Shown here: positions 23,159 to 31,842 of the stretch, in pieces
Layout of the letters: each line of letters starts with the position of its first letter
Numbering within the stretch: position 1 is the first letter of the stretch
Origin: Patescibacteria group bacterium
Lineage (GTDB): Bacteria; Pseudomonadota; Alphaproteobacteria; Micavibrionales; Micavibrionaceae
Assembly: GCA_035494535.1 (NCBI GenBank)
Contig: DATJGZ010000082.1
Location: forward strand, 1-56,282
Reading direction: 5' to 3'
DNA length: 56,282 nt
Translations under genes and position numbers: made by a program
The notes under the pieces: generated by a model
What the model was told of the DNA's origin: nothing
The model's database searches: none
The model's input: only the letters and a program-made list of their open reading frames with translations

Positions 23159-23299
23159 ATGATGGCGCGCGGCGGCAAGGCCGCCTTCGACGGCGGCGAG
23201 GAAATCGGCGGAGTCAGGAAACATACCGGCAGCACGCTAGGCGGCAAGACCCGGTCCAAGCGACCGGGACCCCGATCGGGCGGGAAATCGAGGCGCTAA
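23159..23299 (+). CDS. 46-aa Gly/Lys/Arg-rich small protein
   Basis: SD AAGGAGA lies directly upstream of ATGATG at 23159. Sequence: MMARGGKAAFDGGEEIGGVRKHTGSTLGGKTRSKRPGPRSGGKSRR. Confidence 0.4.
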   Translation: MMARGGKAAFDGGEEIGGVRKHTGSTLGGKTRSKRPGPRSGGKSRR

Positions 23300-23350
23300 A
23301 GCCTCTTTCTTGTATTTCCTCCGGTTTTTCCCTATAAACTCTTCCTCTGG

Positions 23351-23425
23351 GCGCGCGTAGCTCAGCGGCAGAGCACACCCTTCACACGGGTGGGGTCACA
23401 GGTTCAATCCCTGTCGCGCGCACCA
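23351..23425 (+). tRNA. tRNA-Val (anticodon CAC)
   Basis: Hand-folded cloverleaf: GCGCGCG TA GCTC AGCGGCA GAGC A CACCC TTCACAC GGGTG GGGTC ACAGG TTCAATC CCTGT CGCGCGC A CCA. 75 nt, CCA encoded. Confidence 0.9.
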
Positions 23426-23510
23426 GCCTTCGCTAAAGCTTCGGCATGGCGAGTATTCCCGGTTTCACCTTTTGGATCAGACCGTCACGCCGTAGCCTTG
23501 GCGAAGGCGG

Positions 23511-23529
23511 ATCCCTGTCGCGCGCACCA
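23511..23529 (+). repeat. Exact 19-nt direct repeat of the tRNA-Val 3' end (ATCCCTGTCGCGCGCACCA)
   Basis: Identical to 23407-23425. The two copies are separated by 85 nt. Confidence 0.85.
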
Positions 23530-23602
23530 TCATTTCCTGCAATTGATTAAAAACCGTAATTCAGGGTACAATTAAAGGATAATCATTCGGTAGGCGGGTT
23601 TA

Positions 23603-23890
23603 ATGGGCGGGAAAAATAACAGGAACATCGAGGACGAGGACGAATACGACAACGTCGAGCAAACCAAGAAGATCGACGATTTCATCAAGAGTCACTCGCA
23701 CACCGATCAGCCGCTCAAAGAGCAGATCATGGTCGTCATCGTTTTCATGCTCGTCGTTTATCTCGTCGTTAATTATTTCGAGGGCAAGGCCGCTAGCTAT
23801 CATTACGATTCGGCGCTCGGCCACGGCAGCGGCATAGCCACGCAGGTTCAGAGCGCGCCCCGCGACGGGACGGAAAAGGTTAAGTGGTAA
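23603..23890 (+). CDS. Hypothetical acidic-N-terminus, single-TM protein (95 aa)
   Basis: More plausible than the overlapping minus-strand ORF. Has an acidic N-terminus and a TM helix IMVVIVFMLVVYLVVNYF. The RBS is weak. Confidence 0.35.
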   Translation: MGGKNNRNIEDEDEYDNVEQTKKIDDFIKSHSHTDQPLKEQIMVVIVFMLVVYLVVNYFEGKAASYHYDSALGHGSGIATQVQSAPRDGTEKVKW

Positions 23891-23975
23891 CGCCGCTCGT
23901 GCACGCCCCTTGCTATAGCCTGACCGATCATGCACAATTAACGTGCTTGTTTGACTGATAAAAACGGCATTCGTC

Positions 23976-24917
23976 ATGGACCTTTCGGTCGTCGTTCCCT
24001 GTTACAACGAGGAGGAGAGCCTGGTGGAAATGCACCGCCGGGTGAAAGCCGCCTGCGACGCCGTCAACGTCACCTATGAGATCATTTTGGTCAATGACGG
24101 CTCCAAGGACAAAACCCTTCCCCTGATGCGCGAACTCGTCGCCAAGGACAGGAATGTCGTCGCCGTCGACCTGTCGCGCAACCACGGCCACCAGCTCGCT
24201 TTGACAGCCGGTATGGCGCAGGCGAGGGGGGATTACATCTTCATTCTCGACGCCGATCTTCAGGACCCGCCGGAATTGCTCGGGCCCATGCTCGAGCGCG
24301 CACGGGCGGGGGTGGACGTCGTGTACGGCCAGCGTTCGGACCGCGCGGGCGAAACGCCCTTTAAGATCGTAACAGCCAGCCTGTTTTATCGCATGCTGTC
24401 ATGGCTTTCGGACATACCGATCCCGCGTGACGTGGGCGACTTCCGTCTCATCTCGCGCCGGGTGCTGGAGCGTTTTCTGTCCATGCCCGAGCAGCATCGC
24501 TTCATCCGCGGTATGATTGCCTGGATTGGCTACAGGCAAGAGGCCTTCCCCTACAAGCGTGATCCGCGCTATGCCGGCGTCACCAAATATCCGTTCCACA
24601 AGCTGATCCAGTTCGCATTCGATGCGATCACCAGCTTTTCGATCAAACCGCTGCGCGTCAGCCTGTTGTTCGCGCTGGTTGGTGCGACGCTCGCGGGGCT
24701 GTTCGGCCTTTACGCGATTGTGACGTATCTGTTCCTTCCCCATCACTATGCCGGATGGGCTTCGCTGGCTTGTCTCGTCAGTTTCTTCGGTTCGCTGCAG
24801 CTGATTTGCATCGGTTTGATCGGCGAATACATCGGCCGCACCTACATTCAGGTCAAGAACCGGCCGCTATTCCTCGTCAGGACCATTTATCGCGACGGCA
24901 ATCCGGGTACGGCCTGA
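23976..24917 (+). CDS. GT2 polyprenyl-phosphate glycosyltransferase (GtrB/ArnC-like)
   Basis: LSVVVPCYNEEESL, LVNDGSKDKT, DADLQDPPE, and two C-terminal TM helices. Confidence 0.9.
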   Translation: MDLSVVVPCYNEEESLVEMHRRVKAACDAVNVTYEIILVNDGSKDKTLPLMRELVAKDRNVVAVDLSRNHGHQLALTAGMAQARGDYIFILDADLQDPPELLGPMLERARAGVDVVYGQRSDRAGETPFKIVTASLFYRMLSWLSDIPIPRDVGDFRLISRRVLERFLSMPEQHRFIRGMIAWIGYRQEAFPYKRDPRYAGVTKYPFHKLIQFAFDAITSFSIKPLRVSLLFALVGATLAGLFGLYAIVTYLFLPHHYAGWASLACLVSFFGSLQLICIGLIGEYIGRTYIQVKNRPLFLVRTIYRDGNPGTA

Positions 24918-25645
24918 TGGAGCCGCAAACCTACCGCCGCATGGCGGAAATCCAGGAGAAGCACTGGTGGTACGAAGGACGCCGAAAAATCCTGGCATCC
25001 ATGATAAGTGGCCTCGGCCTGCCCGCGCGGGCCGATATCCTCGAAGTTGGCTGCGGCCCCGGTGCGAATTTGAACATGCTCAAACCCTTCGGCATGGTCA
25101 CGGGCGTAGAGCCGGATGATTTTGCCATTATTCATGCCCGGAACGTCTCGGGCTGCCGGGTGGAGAAGGGGATACTGCCGGATGGGCTGATGGTCCGGGG
25201 GCCTTTTGACCTGATCGGCGCTTTCGACGTTATCGAACATGTCGATGAAGACCTCGAAAGCCTCAAGACCATCAAGGACCTTCTGCGCACGGGCGGCCAT
25301 GCTGTATTTACGGTGCCGGCATATCCGTTCCTATGGTCGCAGCACGACGTGGTGAATCACCACAAGCGGCGCTATGTCCTGCCGCAATTTCGCGAACTGC
25401 TTGCGAGTGCAGGCTTCGACGTTACATTTATATCGTACTACAACACGCTGTTATTCCCGCTCATTGTCGCGGTGCGAATGTTAAAGAAGATTCTCAAGAT
25501 GAAAGATGTGCCGGACGAGACCATGCCGCGACTGCCATTCGTCAATGTGGCGCTGGCCGAGGTCTTCGCTTTCGAGCGCCATATCCTGAAATACAAGCCA
25601 ATGCCCTTCGGCGTGTCGATTATCGCCGTCTGCCGGAAGCCGTGA
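24917..25645 (+). CDS. Class I SAM-dependent methyltransferase
   Basis: The start overlaps the upstream stop (TGATG). HWWYEGRRKIL and the EVGCGPGANL motif I are present. Confidence 0.85.
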   Translation: MEPQTYRRMAEIQEKHWWYEGRRKILASMISGLGLPARADILEVGCGPGANLNMLKPFGMVTGVEPDDFAIIHARNVSGCRVEKGILPDGLMVRGPFDLIGAFDVIEHVDEDLESLKTIKDLLRTGGHAVFTVPAYPFLWSQHDVVNHHKRRYVLPQFRELLASAGFDVTFISYYNTLLFPLIVAVRMLKKILKMKDVPDETMPRLPFVNVALAEVFAFERHILKYKPMPFGVSIIAVCRKP

Positions 25646-25646
25646 T

Positions 25647-26081
25647 ATGACCGATCTCAAATCCATTCCGATGCCCGAAATTGTCAGGCGGCTGATCACG
25701 TTTATCGGCGTGGGCGCCATCAATACTGCTATTGGTCTCACCATCATTCTCGGACTGTCGGAGGGGTTGCACGTCCAGTATCTGCTGGCCAACGCCATCG
25801 GCTACGGACTTGGGCTGGTTCTCAGCTTCACGATGCACCGGAATATTACCTTTCGGGATGTTTCCCATATCGGCCGGGTCGGCGCGCAATTCGGCAAATT
25901 CACCACGATCTTCGCGATCTCCTACGGCATACAGTTCGGCGCACTGTTCGTCATGGTGCATATATTTCAGTGGCCCAACTGGTTTTCCCAGATCGTTGCC
26001 TGCGGTTTGTACGTTGTGATAAGTTTTACGGGAAGCAGGTTCATCACCTTCCGCGCGTCCGGACCGGGGGAATCCCAATGA
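25647..26081 (+). CDS. GtrA family membrane protein
   Basis: 144 aa with four TM helices. FIGVGAINTAIGLTIILGL and RFITF motifs are typical of GtrA. Confidence 0.85.
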   Translation: MTDLKSIPMPEIVRRLITFIGVGAINTAIGLTIILGLSEGLHVQYLLANAIGYGLGLVLSFTMHRNITFRDVSHIGRVGAQFGKFTTIFAISYGIQFGALFVMVHIFQWPNWFSQIVACGLYVVISFTGSRFITFRASGPGESQ

Positions 26082-27064
26082 AAAAGATCGTTATCACAGG
26101 CGGCGCCGGTTTCATCGGCTCACATATCGTCGAGCGTTTTGTCGCGCTGTATCCCGCCGCGGAAATCGTCGTGCTGGACAAGATGACCTACGCTGCCGAT
26201 GTACGCAACATTCTGCCGCTCATGACCGAGGGGCGCATACAACTGATTGTCGGCGACATTGTCGATCCGGGCACTTGCGAGCGTGCGGTAAAAGGGGCAG
26301 ATCTTGTCATTCATGCGGCCGCCGAGAGCCATGTCGATAATTCATTCGGCAATTCCTACGAGTTTACTAAGACGAACGTCGCCGGCACGCATTGCCTGAT
26401 CGAGGCAGCACGGCGCGCAAAGGTAGAGCGGTTTATCCATGTCAGCACCGACGAGGTCTACGGCGAGGTCCTGAAAGGCAAGGCGGACGAGGATACGGTG
26501 CTTCGGCCGACCAACCCCTATTCGGCGTCGAAGGCCGCAGCCGAGATGATCATCAATGGTTATCGCCAGTCGTTCAAGTTTCCGGTCATTGTCGTGCGGG
26601 CCAACAATATCTTCGGCATCCGTCAGTATCCCGAGAAGATCATTCCGAAATTCCTCCTGACGCTGATGATGGGCCGACAGCTAACCATTCACGGCTCCGG
26701 CAAGAATATCCGGCATTATCTTTCGGCCTGGGATCTTGCCGACGCGCTCGACCTACTGATCAAGAAGGGCGAGGTCGGCGGCTGCTACAACATCGGCACG
26801 GCGGAGGAATATACGAATCTTGAGATGGCGCGGATGATCTGTGACGTTTTCGGTCTAAATTCGGACGAGCATATCACCTACGTGCAGGATCGTCCCTTTA
26901 ACGATGCGCGTTACGCGCTCGACTGGGGGCGTATCGAAGCACTGGGGTGGAAGGCGCAGCGCAAATTGAAGACGGAGCTTCCGGCGATCGCCAACTGGTA
27001 TGCCGCCAACCTTGACCGCTATGAAGATCCTAACAAGGTCGTCCGGAAACCCCTGCGCGCATAG
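26078..27064 (+). CDS. dTDP-glucose 4,6-dehydratase-like NAD-dependent dehydratase (RfbB/RmlB-like)
   Basis: ATGA overlap with the GtrA gene stop. ITGGAGFIGSH, HAAAESHVDNS, STDEVYG, PYSASKAAAE, QYPEKIIPKF. Confidence 0.85.
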   Translation: MKKIVITGGAGFIGSHIVERFVALYPAAEIVVLDKMTYAADVRNILPLMTEGRIQLIVGDIVDPGTCERAVKGADLVIHAAAESHVDNSFGNSYEFTKTNVAGTHCLIEAARRAKVERFIHVSTDEVYGEVLKGKADEDTVLRPTNPYSASKAAAEMIINGYRQSFKFPVIVVRANNIFGIRQYPEKIIPKFLLTLMMGRQLTIHGSGKNIRHYLSAWDLADALDLLIKKGEVGGCYNIGTAEEYTNLEMARMICDVFGLNSDEHITYVQDRPFNDARYALDWGRIEALGWKAQRKLKTELPAIANWYAANLDRYEDPNKVVRKPLRA

Positions 27065-27067
27065 ACC

Positions 27068-27868
27068 ATGACCATCGTCGCCATTGGAAAATCGAGTTTC
27101 CTCGCGCAGGAAGTGGCAAAACATCCCGCCGCAAAGGACTGGCTGTTCATGCAGCATGAACAAGCGTTGGCCCATCCCGGCTGGATGGACAAAGCCACGG
27201 TCATCGTCAACTTCGCTTTCGCGCCCCAGTTCAAGAAACAGGTCTACGATACGCAGGCCGATTTCGACTCATTCTTAGCGAAGATGCTGGGTGGCCGGGA
27301 CGTACGCTATATCATGCTCAGCAGCCGTATGGTCTATGGACAGGGCGACCATTATTTCGACCTGACGGAGGATCATGCGTGTGAGCCGATCAGCCCTTAC
27401 GGCATGGCGAAGCACGCGGTCGAGCGCGCGCTCGAGCGCTATCTCGGCGATAGGCTTACGATTCTACGCATGGGGAATATCTTCGGCGTAGAAAAAGAAC
27501 GTGCCACTTTCTTTGGTCAAATGATCAAAGGACTTAAGGACGACCGGAAGATCGTCTTCGACATGAGTGCCGAGACAAAGCGGGATTTCCTACCCGCTCA
27601 TCGTTTTGCCGATGCCCTGACCAAGGTTGCTGCCGCCCCTGCGGCCGGTATCTTCAATATAGGTTCGGGTCTGGCGACACCCTGCGGGGACGTGGCCGGA
27701 TGGCTAATCGAAGGGTTCGGCGCCGGCAAGCTGCAGGTCGTAAAATCCGAGATTCGCGACCAGTTCTCGCTTGATGTGTCCAAGGCGCAGGCGCAATGGA
27801 ATATCCCCGCGGTTACACGGGAGACGTTGGGCGAAGACGTCATTAACTGCGGTAAGAAGCTGAAATAA
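27068..27868 (+). CDS. SDR-fold sugar-nucleotide reductase/epimerase-like protein (RmlD-like, degenerate N-terminal motif)
   Basis: 266 aa. Contains SPYGMAKHAVE (YxxxK). Sits 3 nt after the dehydratase stop. Confidence 0.65.
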   Translation: MTIVAIGKSSFLAQEVAKHPAAKDWLFMQHEQALAHPGWMDKATVIVNFAFAPQFKKQVYDTQADFDSFLAKMLGGRDVRYIMLSSRMVYGQGDHYFDLTEDHACEPISPYGMAKHAVERALERYLGDRLTILRMGNIFGVEKERATFFGQMIKGLKDDRKIVFDMSAETKRDFLPAHRFADALTKVAAAPAAGIFNIGSGLATPCGDVAGWLIEGFGAGKLQVVKSEIRDQFSLDVSKAQAQWNIPAVTRETLGEDVINCGKKLK

Positions 27869-27993
27869 ACCGGAAATTACCACCCCTGTTACTGATACAA
27901 AGCTGAAATTCTTTGAAATACAATTATTTACCCGCCCTTAACTTTTTTCGTAAATAATGTTCGTAACTTCAATGTTACCGCGCGGAGATTGAT

Positions 27994-29205
27994 TTGGCCG
28001 ACGCTGAAGACGATAAAGAGAATATGCCAGGGCTTGATGACACCGATGCCCAGGATCTTCAGGCATCGACTTTCCAGTATGGCGTGGTAAAGACCCAGCA
28101 GCAGTTGATGATGAAGAACCCGCTTATGAACGGGGATCTTTATGATGAGGGATCGATCGACGAGGAAGAGCTTGATCGAAATCACAACGGCATCCCAGAC
28201 GACGAGGAGGATCTTGTCGGAACGTTTCTGACGGGCACCGTCAAGGATATGGTCGACGCCCTGCATGACGCCGACTGGAATTTTGACCAAATAGACAAGG
28301 TCGTCAGTCCGCATGATCAGGACATTACGGATCCGACATCGAAGTATAATCACGCGCTCAAGTATGTGCAGGAGCGCGCGAAGACCGATCCGGAGGCGCA
28401 GGCGCTTTTGGACAACTACAACAAGACGACGGATGCGGTTAAATCTGCCATCGAGAATGCCCGGCAGTCGCAGAGCCCGGACAGCTTCCTGGACCTGGAG
28501 ATTGCGGAACTGGATCGAAGCCTCGCCAAATCCGAAATCGCAAAGTATGAGGCCGCCGCGAACGGTCACAGTGACGAGTTGGATCGTGCCCACCGCTGGC
28601 ATGACGGTGCGCAGGCGACCAGGGACCAACTCGCGAAAATAAGAGAGCTTCCGCCCGACCAACAGCAGGCTGCGCTGGAAAAGCTTGCGCAGGACAATCA
28701 AAAGTCGAGGGTCGCGCATGAATGGGCGAGATTCAAAACCGGTGATCTTTCTAAATGGACCAAAGAGAATAACAGCCATATCGACGGGGACAGCCCTGAT
28801 TATCCTAACAGCCCCGATTATCGTGGCAGTAACAACTATCAATCCGGCGGCGCCAGGAACAACGCTTCACCCAGCGGCTCTCCGTCGTACCTGAGTTCAT
28901 CCTTTGGGAATTGGGCGATGCCGTGGAGTTCTTCGCAGCCCGCGGCCAAGCCCGTAGCTCACGAAAATAAGACGGATAATTCATGGAGTCTGACTTCGTT
29001 GTTCGGAAGTCTGGCGATGCCGTGGAGTACGTCGTCGGCACCGGCAGCTAAGCCTGCGGTAGACACCAAAAAGCAGGACGATTCCTGGAGCTTGACCTCG
29101 ATCTTCTCCAACTGGTCGTGGCCGTGGAGCGGCGCATCCAAAGCTTCAACGCCGTCATCAGACGCGAAAAAGCAGACGACCGCGCCTACGACGTCCGGCC
29201 CTTAA
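27994..29205 (+). CDS. Acidic orphan protein with a C-terminal PW-motif tandem repeat (403 aa)
   Basis: TTG at 27994 (alternative ATG at 28024). Highly acidic N-terminal half, no signal peptide, three C-terminal repeats. The overlapping minus-strand ORF 27928-28842 looks like a shadow. Confidence 0.7.
   Translation: MADAEDDKENMPGLDDTDAQDLQASTFQYGVVKTQQQLMMKNPLMNGDLYDEGSIDEEELDRNHNGIPDDEEDLVGTFLTGTVKDMVDALHDADWNFDQIDKVVSPHDQDITDPTSKYNHALKYVQERAKTDPEAQALLDNYNKTTDAVKSAIENARQSQSPDSFLDLEIAELDRSLAKSEIAKYEAAANGHSDELDRAHRWHDGAQATRDQLAKIRELPPDQQQAALEKLAQDNQKSRVAHEWARFKTGDLSKWTKENNSHIDGDSPDYPNSPDYRGSNNYQSGGARNNASPSGSPSYLSSSFGNWAMPWSSSQPAAKPVAHENKTDNSWSLTSLFGSLAMPWSTSSAPAAKPAVDTKKQDDSWSLTSIFSNWSWPWSGASKASTPSSDAKKQTTAPTTSGP
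28885..29184 (+). repeat. Three tandem 33-34-codon repeats inside the CDS (SWSLTSLFGSLAMPWS-type)
   Basis: SYLSSSFGNWAMPWSSSQPAAKPVAHENKTDN / SWSLTSLFGSLAMPWSTSSAPAAKPAVDTKKQDD / SWSLTSIFSNWSWPWSGASKASTPSSDAKKQTT. The 16-mer GGCGATGCCGTGGAGT occurs at both 28914 and 29013. Confidence 0.8.
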
Positions 29206-29218
29206 GAACGTTTAGATT

Positions 29219-29707
29219 TTATTTCCTGTCCGAGCCATCCAGCAGTTTCGGCAGAATTAGAAAATCGGACAGACCGACGACGAACAACGCTCCCCCGAAA
29301 ACTTTTGTGGTGAGTTCGTCCAGGTGCGCCGGACCGTAGTCGACACCGCCCGCATGAAAGGCCAGAAAGCTTCCGGCAACCATGAAAAATAAGCCCGCGA
29401 TGCGCAGGGCGTTCAATACCTGTTCGCTTACCTTCTTAGGATATCGGGTTGAATCGGCCTTTTCGTCCACCACCAGTGATGTATGCTCGGCCTTTTCCGT
29501 TCGGTCCTTCTTCGCCACAACATCGTCGCCAGCGGGCAGATGGGACCTTATTGCCCGATAGACCGCGAAAAAGCCGAGCAGCATCATCAGACCTTCAAAT
29601 GTGTGGAAGGGCCATAGCGACTCGGGCTTTACGTACGGCGCCGCGCTCGCCCAGGAGGCGTCGGAGAAAAACAGCATAATGAGGCTGAAAAACAGGAGCA
29701 TGACCAT
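29219..29707 (-). CDS. Hypothetical membrane protein (162 aa, about 4 TM helices)
   Basis: Last gene of a minus-strand unit. Has hydrophobic segments and a basic central loop. Confidence 0.65.
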   Translation of the reverse strand: MVMLLFFSLIMLFFSDASWASAAPYVKPESLWPFHTFEGLMMLLGFFAVYRAIRSHLPAGDDVVAKKDRTEKAEHTSLVVDEKADSTRYPKKVSEQVLNALRIAGLFFMVAGSFLAFHAGGVDYGPAHLDELTTKVFGGALFVVGLSDFLILPKLLDGSDRK

Positions 29708-29760
29708 AAGCGGTAATTTTACGCCATTGTCAGCTTTTCGAAAAGCTCGTTTGCGAAGGG

Positions 29761-31026
29761 CTATACGGCGGGCGCCGAATTGTTTTTATAGGCCACATTT
29801 TCGGTGGGAGCCGAAGAAACGGGCGGTGTAGAAGTCGGAGGAATTAGCCCCGGAACCGCGTTCTTGTCGGCCTCCCTTGCTGCATTCCACGCACCGGTAA
29901 GTCGAAACCTGCCATTATCCGCATCTCCGCGGACTGATGCGCCTAAGGTGTTGTCGCCCGCCACGAGCGTCCCTCCGTAACGGACGGTGGAATCGGTCCG
30001 ATAATATTGGGTCAGTGTCGGAAGCGTCTGGGCGAGTTGCGTCTGGGTGGGCTCGGTGGGGGCTTCCGTGTCATTGGCGGCTTCCGCCTTCTTGTTCTGG
30101 CCCGGTTTGACGTTTTTGTCGACGACCTCCCGGCGATAGGCGCCGGCATACTGTTCCATGAATTGCTTTACTTCAGGCGTGCTGCCGATGGCATTGTCCT
30201 TCAGCAGGCCATCTACGGTATCAATGTATTTGCGGGGATCTTTTTTCTGTAGATCCTTGGCCTGGTCGACCGTAATGCCCAGTTTGTTGGCGACTCCTTG
30301 ATCCATCTCGGCCTTGAATTTCCCAGCGGCGTCCGCTTGGGCCGGCGTGACGTTAATCGGGCCATTCTGCGCTATCATAAGGCCGGTCGCATGTGTGGGG
30401 TCCTCCGCGGCGCCTAGCGCGCGGGCATCGATTAACGTCTGCGCCATATCTTCCCGGCCCTGTTTCCGGAGGAATTCAATGGCAGCGCGGTCTGATTCCG
30501 CCTCGCGTTGTATGGTCAGGCGCAGTTGCTCGGGAGCCGGAAGATTCGGATCGACGTCGGCCTGCTTTGCATGAGTTCCCTCGTGAATTCCGATCGCCTT
30601 GTCCCACATCCAGTCAGGCCCAGGCGGCGGCTTGAGCTGGTCACGCGGGATATGCGCGATGACCGGCATGATCTTGTTCTTATTGTCGAGCGACTTGTCC
30701 TGAGTATTGACAATCGCTATTTTCTGGCCGTTAAAATTTGCGTTTATTTCGAATGGTCCTCGCGTTGTCGACAGCGCTACCATCTCGGCGAGATCCGCAT
30801 CCGACAAGTAGTCCGGATCTCCCGGCTTTCCTGTTATCCCCGGCATTTGTTTTTCAAGCGACTTGCGCAGATGGGCCACATTCTTGGCCATATCCGGATT
30901 CTTCAGCTCGTTGGGATTGATATATACCGGCTTGACGTCTTTCGGCAGAGCCTCGCGAACGCCGGCCTTGTAATCATTTATGGCGAGATGCTCAACCTGT
31001 TTGACGAGACTTACGAGATCATCCAC
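29761..31026 (-). CDS. Orphan HExxH protein (HEGTHAKQ), putative metallopeptidase
   Basis: 421 aa. Contains WMWDKAIGIHEGTHAKQ. No signal peptide. Pro-rich C-terminal tail. Confidence 0.75.
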   Translation of the reverse strand: MDDLVSLVKQVEHLAINDYKAGVREALPKDVKPVYINPNELKNPDMAKNVAHLRKSLEKQMPGITGKPGDPDYLSDADLAEMVALSTTRGPFEINANFNGQKIAIVNTQDKSLDNKNKIMPVIAHIPRDQLKPPPGPDWMWDKAIGIHEGTHAKQADVDPNLPAPEQLRLTIQREAESDRAAIEFLRKQGREDMAQTLIDARALGAAEDPTHATGLMIAQNGPINVTPAQADAAGKFKAEMDQGVANKLGITVDQAKDLQKKDPRKYIDTVDGLLKDNAIGSTPEVKQFMEQYAGAYRREVVDKNVKPGQNKKAEAANDTEAPTEPTQTQLAQTLPTLTQYYRTDSTVRYGGTLVAGDNTLGASVRGDADNGRFRLTGAWNAAREADKNAVPGLIPPTSTPPVSSAPTENVAYKNNSAPAV

Positions 31027-31037
31027 GTCCGCCGCTC

Positions 31038-31271
31038 CTACTTGTCCGGTTTCGGCACGCCGACCGTAGGAGTCACGACCTGGCGTGAGAACAAACTTTT
31101 CTTTCCGGGCTCCGGATTGACGACAATGCTGCCATCGCCAGCCTTGATAAAAGAATTATTCAAGTCTGGGGTGGGTCGGTCTGTGGATGTTGCCGGAGCC
31201 GCGGGTGCGGGCGCAGTGGTTCTAGAAGCCGGATCGGATTCCGTCTTAAAGGTGTTTGAAACGTCGACCAT
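31038..31271 (-). CDS. Small Pro-rich protein (77 aa), paralog of the 31374 gene product
   Basis: GGGGG RBS lies 5-6 nt upstream, and TATAAT lies further upstream on the minus strand. DGSIVVNPEPGKK...VVTPTVGVPKPDK parallels DGTFVVQKEPPK...VIVPTTTPSPDKK. Confidence 0.5.
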   Translation of the reverse strand: MVDVSNTFKTESDPASRTTAPAPAAPATSTDRPTPDLNNSFIKAGDGSIVVNPEPGKKSLFSRQVVTPTVGVPKPDK

Positions 31272-31373
31272 TATGCCCCCGAAAATATAAGATCAATTAT
31301 AGAGGGTAAACGAATATGAAAAGTTAACGCGCGCTTTAACGCGCGCGGACTCATGTTAACAATTCGTTAATCT

Positions 31374-31670
31374 TTATTTTTTGTCCGGGGATGGCGTCGT
31401 TGTGGGCACAATGACCTGCGGGTGGATAACAAGTCCCTTTTTCCCGTCAGCACTTTTCGGGGCATCCTTCGGCGGCTCTTTCTGAACAACGAAGGTGCCA
31501 TCCGCATTTTGGACAATCATCGGCGGTGTCGTGGTCGTAGAATCCGGCGCCTTCTCGGTCACCGGCGTTTTTGGCGGAGGTGTCTTATCGGCAGCCATTA
31601 GACCTCCCGGAGCGGCGCACGCCGTCAGAAAAGCAAAAAGGGGTGATAGCAGTCGCGCCGACAGTTTCAT
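31374..31670 (-). CDS. Small Pro/Thr-rich lipoprotein (98 aa)
   Basis: The ATG at 31670 gives MKLSARLLSPLFAFLTAC with a lipobox (LTAC). Confidence 0.65.
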   Translation of the reverse strand: MKLSARLLSPLFAFLTACAAPGGLMAADKTPPPKTPVTEKAPDSTTTTPPMIVQNADGTFVVQKEPPKDAPKSADGKKGLVIHPQVIVPTTTPSPDKK

Positions 31671-31842
31671 TTTTTCAAGTCCGTTCAAATGCCTACTTCC
31701 TAATTATAATCAAAATATAGGGATATTGCAAAAAGGCCAGCCTGCGGTGCGGGGCGTTGGTAGACATATTTAATGGACATTAAGAAAAACAGCGTGCTAG
31801 CGTCCCGCTAAACAAGAAACCGACAGGGACGACGACGATTTC

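Noticed and set aside
23390-23575. 61-aa ORF
   Set aside because: It starts inside tRNA-Val and spans the duplicated tRNA 3' end, so it is an artefact.
23568-23590. GGATAATCATTCGG upstream of the 23603 ORF (and AATAATGTTCGTAAC at 27953-27967, GATGTGAAAGATAAC on the minus strand at 4688-4705) as extra island-motif copies
   Set aside because: Each shares only 8-10 nt with the consensus, lacks the TG of the extended -10 or the N5-TTAYG spacing, and could be chance AT-rich similarity. A genome-wide motif scan should test them.
27928-28842. 304-aa minus-strand ORF
   Set aside because: It is antisense to the acidic PW-repeat protein. The product is rich in Ile, Leu and Arg, with no start context. 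The plus-strand frame has coherent repeats and composition.
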